Below, in pieces: positions 63,101 to 64,000 of a stretch of 64,000 nt of DNA. The stretch spans positions 620,001 to 684,000 of the forward strand of contig CM035351.1 of assembly GCA_020137815.1 (NCBI GenBank), read 5' to 3'. The translations under genes were made by a program, and so were the position numbers. The DNA comes from Hormiphora californensis. Its lineage: Eukaryota > Animalia > Ctenophora. The notes under the pieces are model-generated. The model was not told the DNA's origin, did not search any database, and was given only the letters and a program-made list of their open reading frames with translations. Within the stretch, counting starts at the first letter, position 1. Each line of letters opens with the position of its first letter.

Positions 63101-64000
63101 TCACTTTCTCACTTTCCCCTTTTTGACTCCTTGTGAAACACTCTTCTTTGCACTAGGAGCTGGCACACACTCTGACACAATCTCCTGCAACCTCCCATTC
63201 TCATGAACAATGGCTAGAAAATCAAACAGGAACTTATCATAATTATGGCTCCTATGTTCATGGTCCGATATGAATCTCCTCCTTTTCTCCTTCGCTTCCT
63301 TTAGTAACTCCATGGTAACTATGAACTCTCTCTCAATCCTCTGCAGTTCGAGGGCAACTTCATCTCTATCATTAGGTTAGTTTTCAGAGTGGCCAACTCG
63401 TACACAGAGGAGGATGCAAGGGAGTCAGGAGGGAGGGATTTAATTGATGGCAGCATGATTGGTTTGCTTCTCGGTCTCTTTCTAGTATCCCTTGCTCCCT
63501 CTCCCTCCTCAATATTTGACATACTAGAGGCAGTCATCATCAGCCAGACTTTCCTCAGGTCTGTCTAGATTCGTGGTGGGCCCATAGGGGATCATCTGCG
63601 AAGAAGTGGGGTGGAACCTCGTGTTTTACTAGGTCGTCCAGATCAGGTAATGGAAGAACAGAGATATCTGATATAACCTTCTTCTCCTTACATATTGAGT
63701 ACAGTCGATGAAGGGCCGCTGCTCGATGGTCAACAAGTACAGTTAGTTTCCGTTTAGCAGAATCTATCTCATCCCGAACAACAGCCATCAAATTAAACCG
63801 GATATCTTGATAGGGCGCTCCACTGGTCATACCCAGCCTCTCAGCGATGATTCTCCTAAAGTGGTCAGTCCACTGTTCCCCCTCCTTCCAGGGGCCATGG
63901 TCAATGGGGAAGGGTTTCAAACCATCCAATTCAAATAGTCTCCCATTAATCGGAACATAACTAACATAGTGAAATGTTTCCATGGCAGTCCGTCCACATG
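63101..64000 (-). CDS. BAP1: BAP1/Calypso ubiquitin C-terminal hydrolase, 3' part, with apparent frameshifts
   Basis: ETFHYVSYVPINGRLFELDGLKPFPIDHGPW...DIRFNLMAVV (UCH catalytic His/Asp region). ULD tail EKRRRFISDHEHRSHNYDKF followed by a basic NLS-like C-terminus. Confidence 0.9.

Overview
AT-rich, intron-containing eukaryotic (animal) genomic DNA. From recall of the repeat families and a lineage-typical secreted domain it is probably a cydippid ctenophore (Pleurobrachia/Hormiphora-like); this is inference and no search was run. Plus-strand genes: intronless SMN, GM130/GOLGA2 (3' end lost in a low-quality stretch at about 7.3-10.8 kb) and a secreted M1 aminopeptidase. On the minus strand, seven housekeeping genes run tightly head-to-tail: BAP1, TMEM138, LSM7, INO80E-like, MRPS28-like, CNTLN, SNAPC4. 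Each of the six downstream genes has an apparently unpaired splice acceptor just upstream of its ATG, which makes the run a candidate SL-trans-spliced operon. Two paralogous secreted Cys-repeat genes lie nested and antisense in one SNAPC4 intron. CNTLN carries a 26-copy 78-bp array built from an exon end plus its splice donor, and its copy-to-copy variation is almost all synonymous. The rest is mostly palindromic and nested DNA transposons with several TSD types, one intact LOA-type LINE, a CRE-type LINE fragment, tandem Helitron-like copies, mini- and microsatellites, a 100-N gap, and several single-base frameshifts that look like consensus errors.
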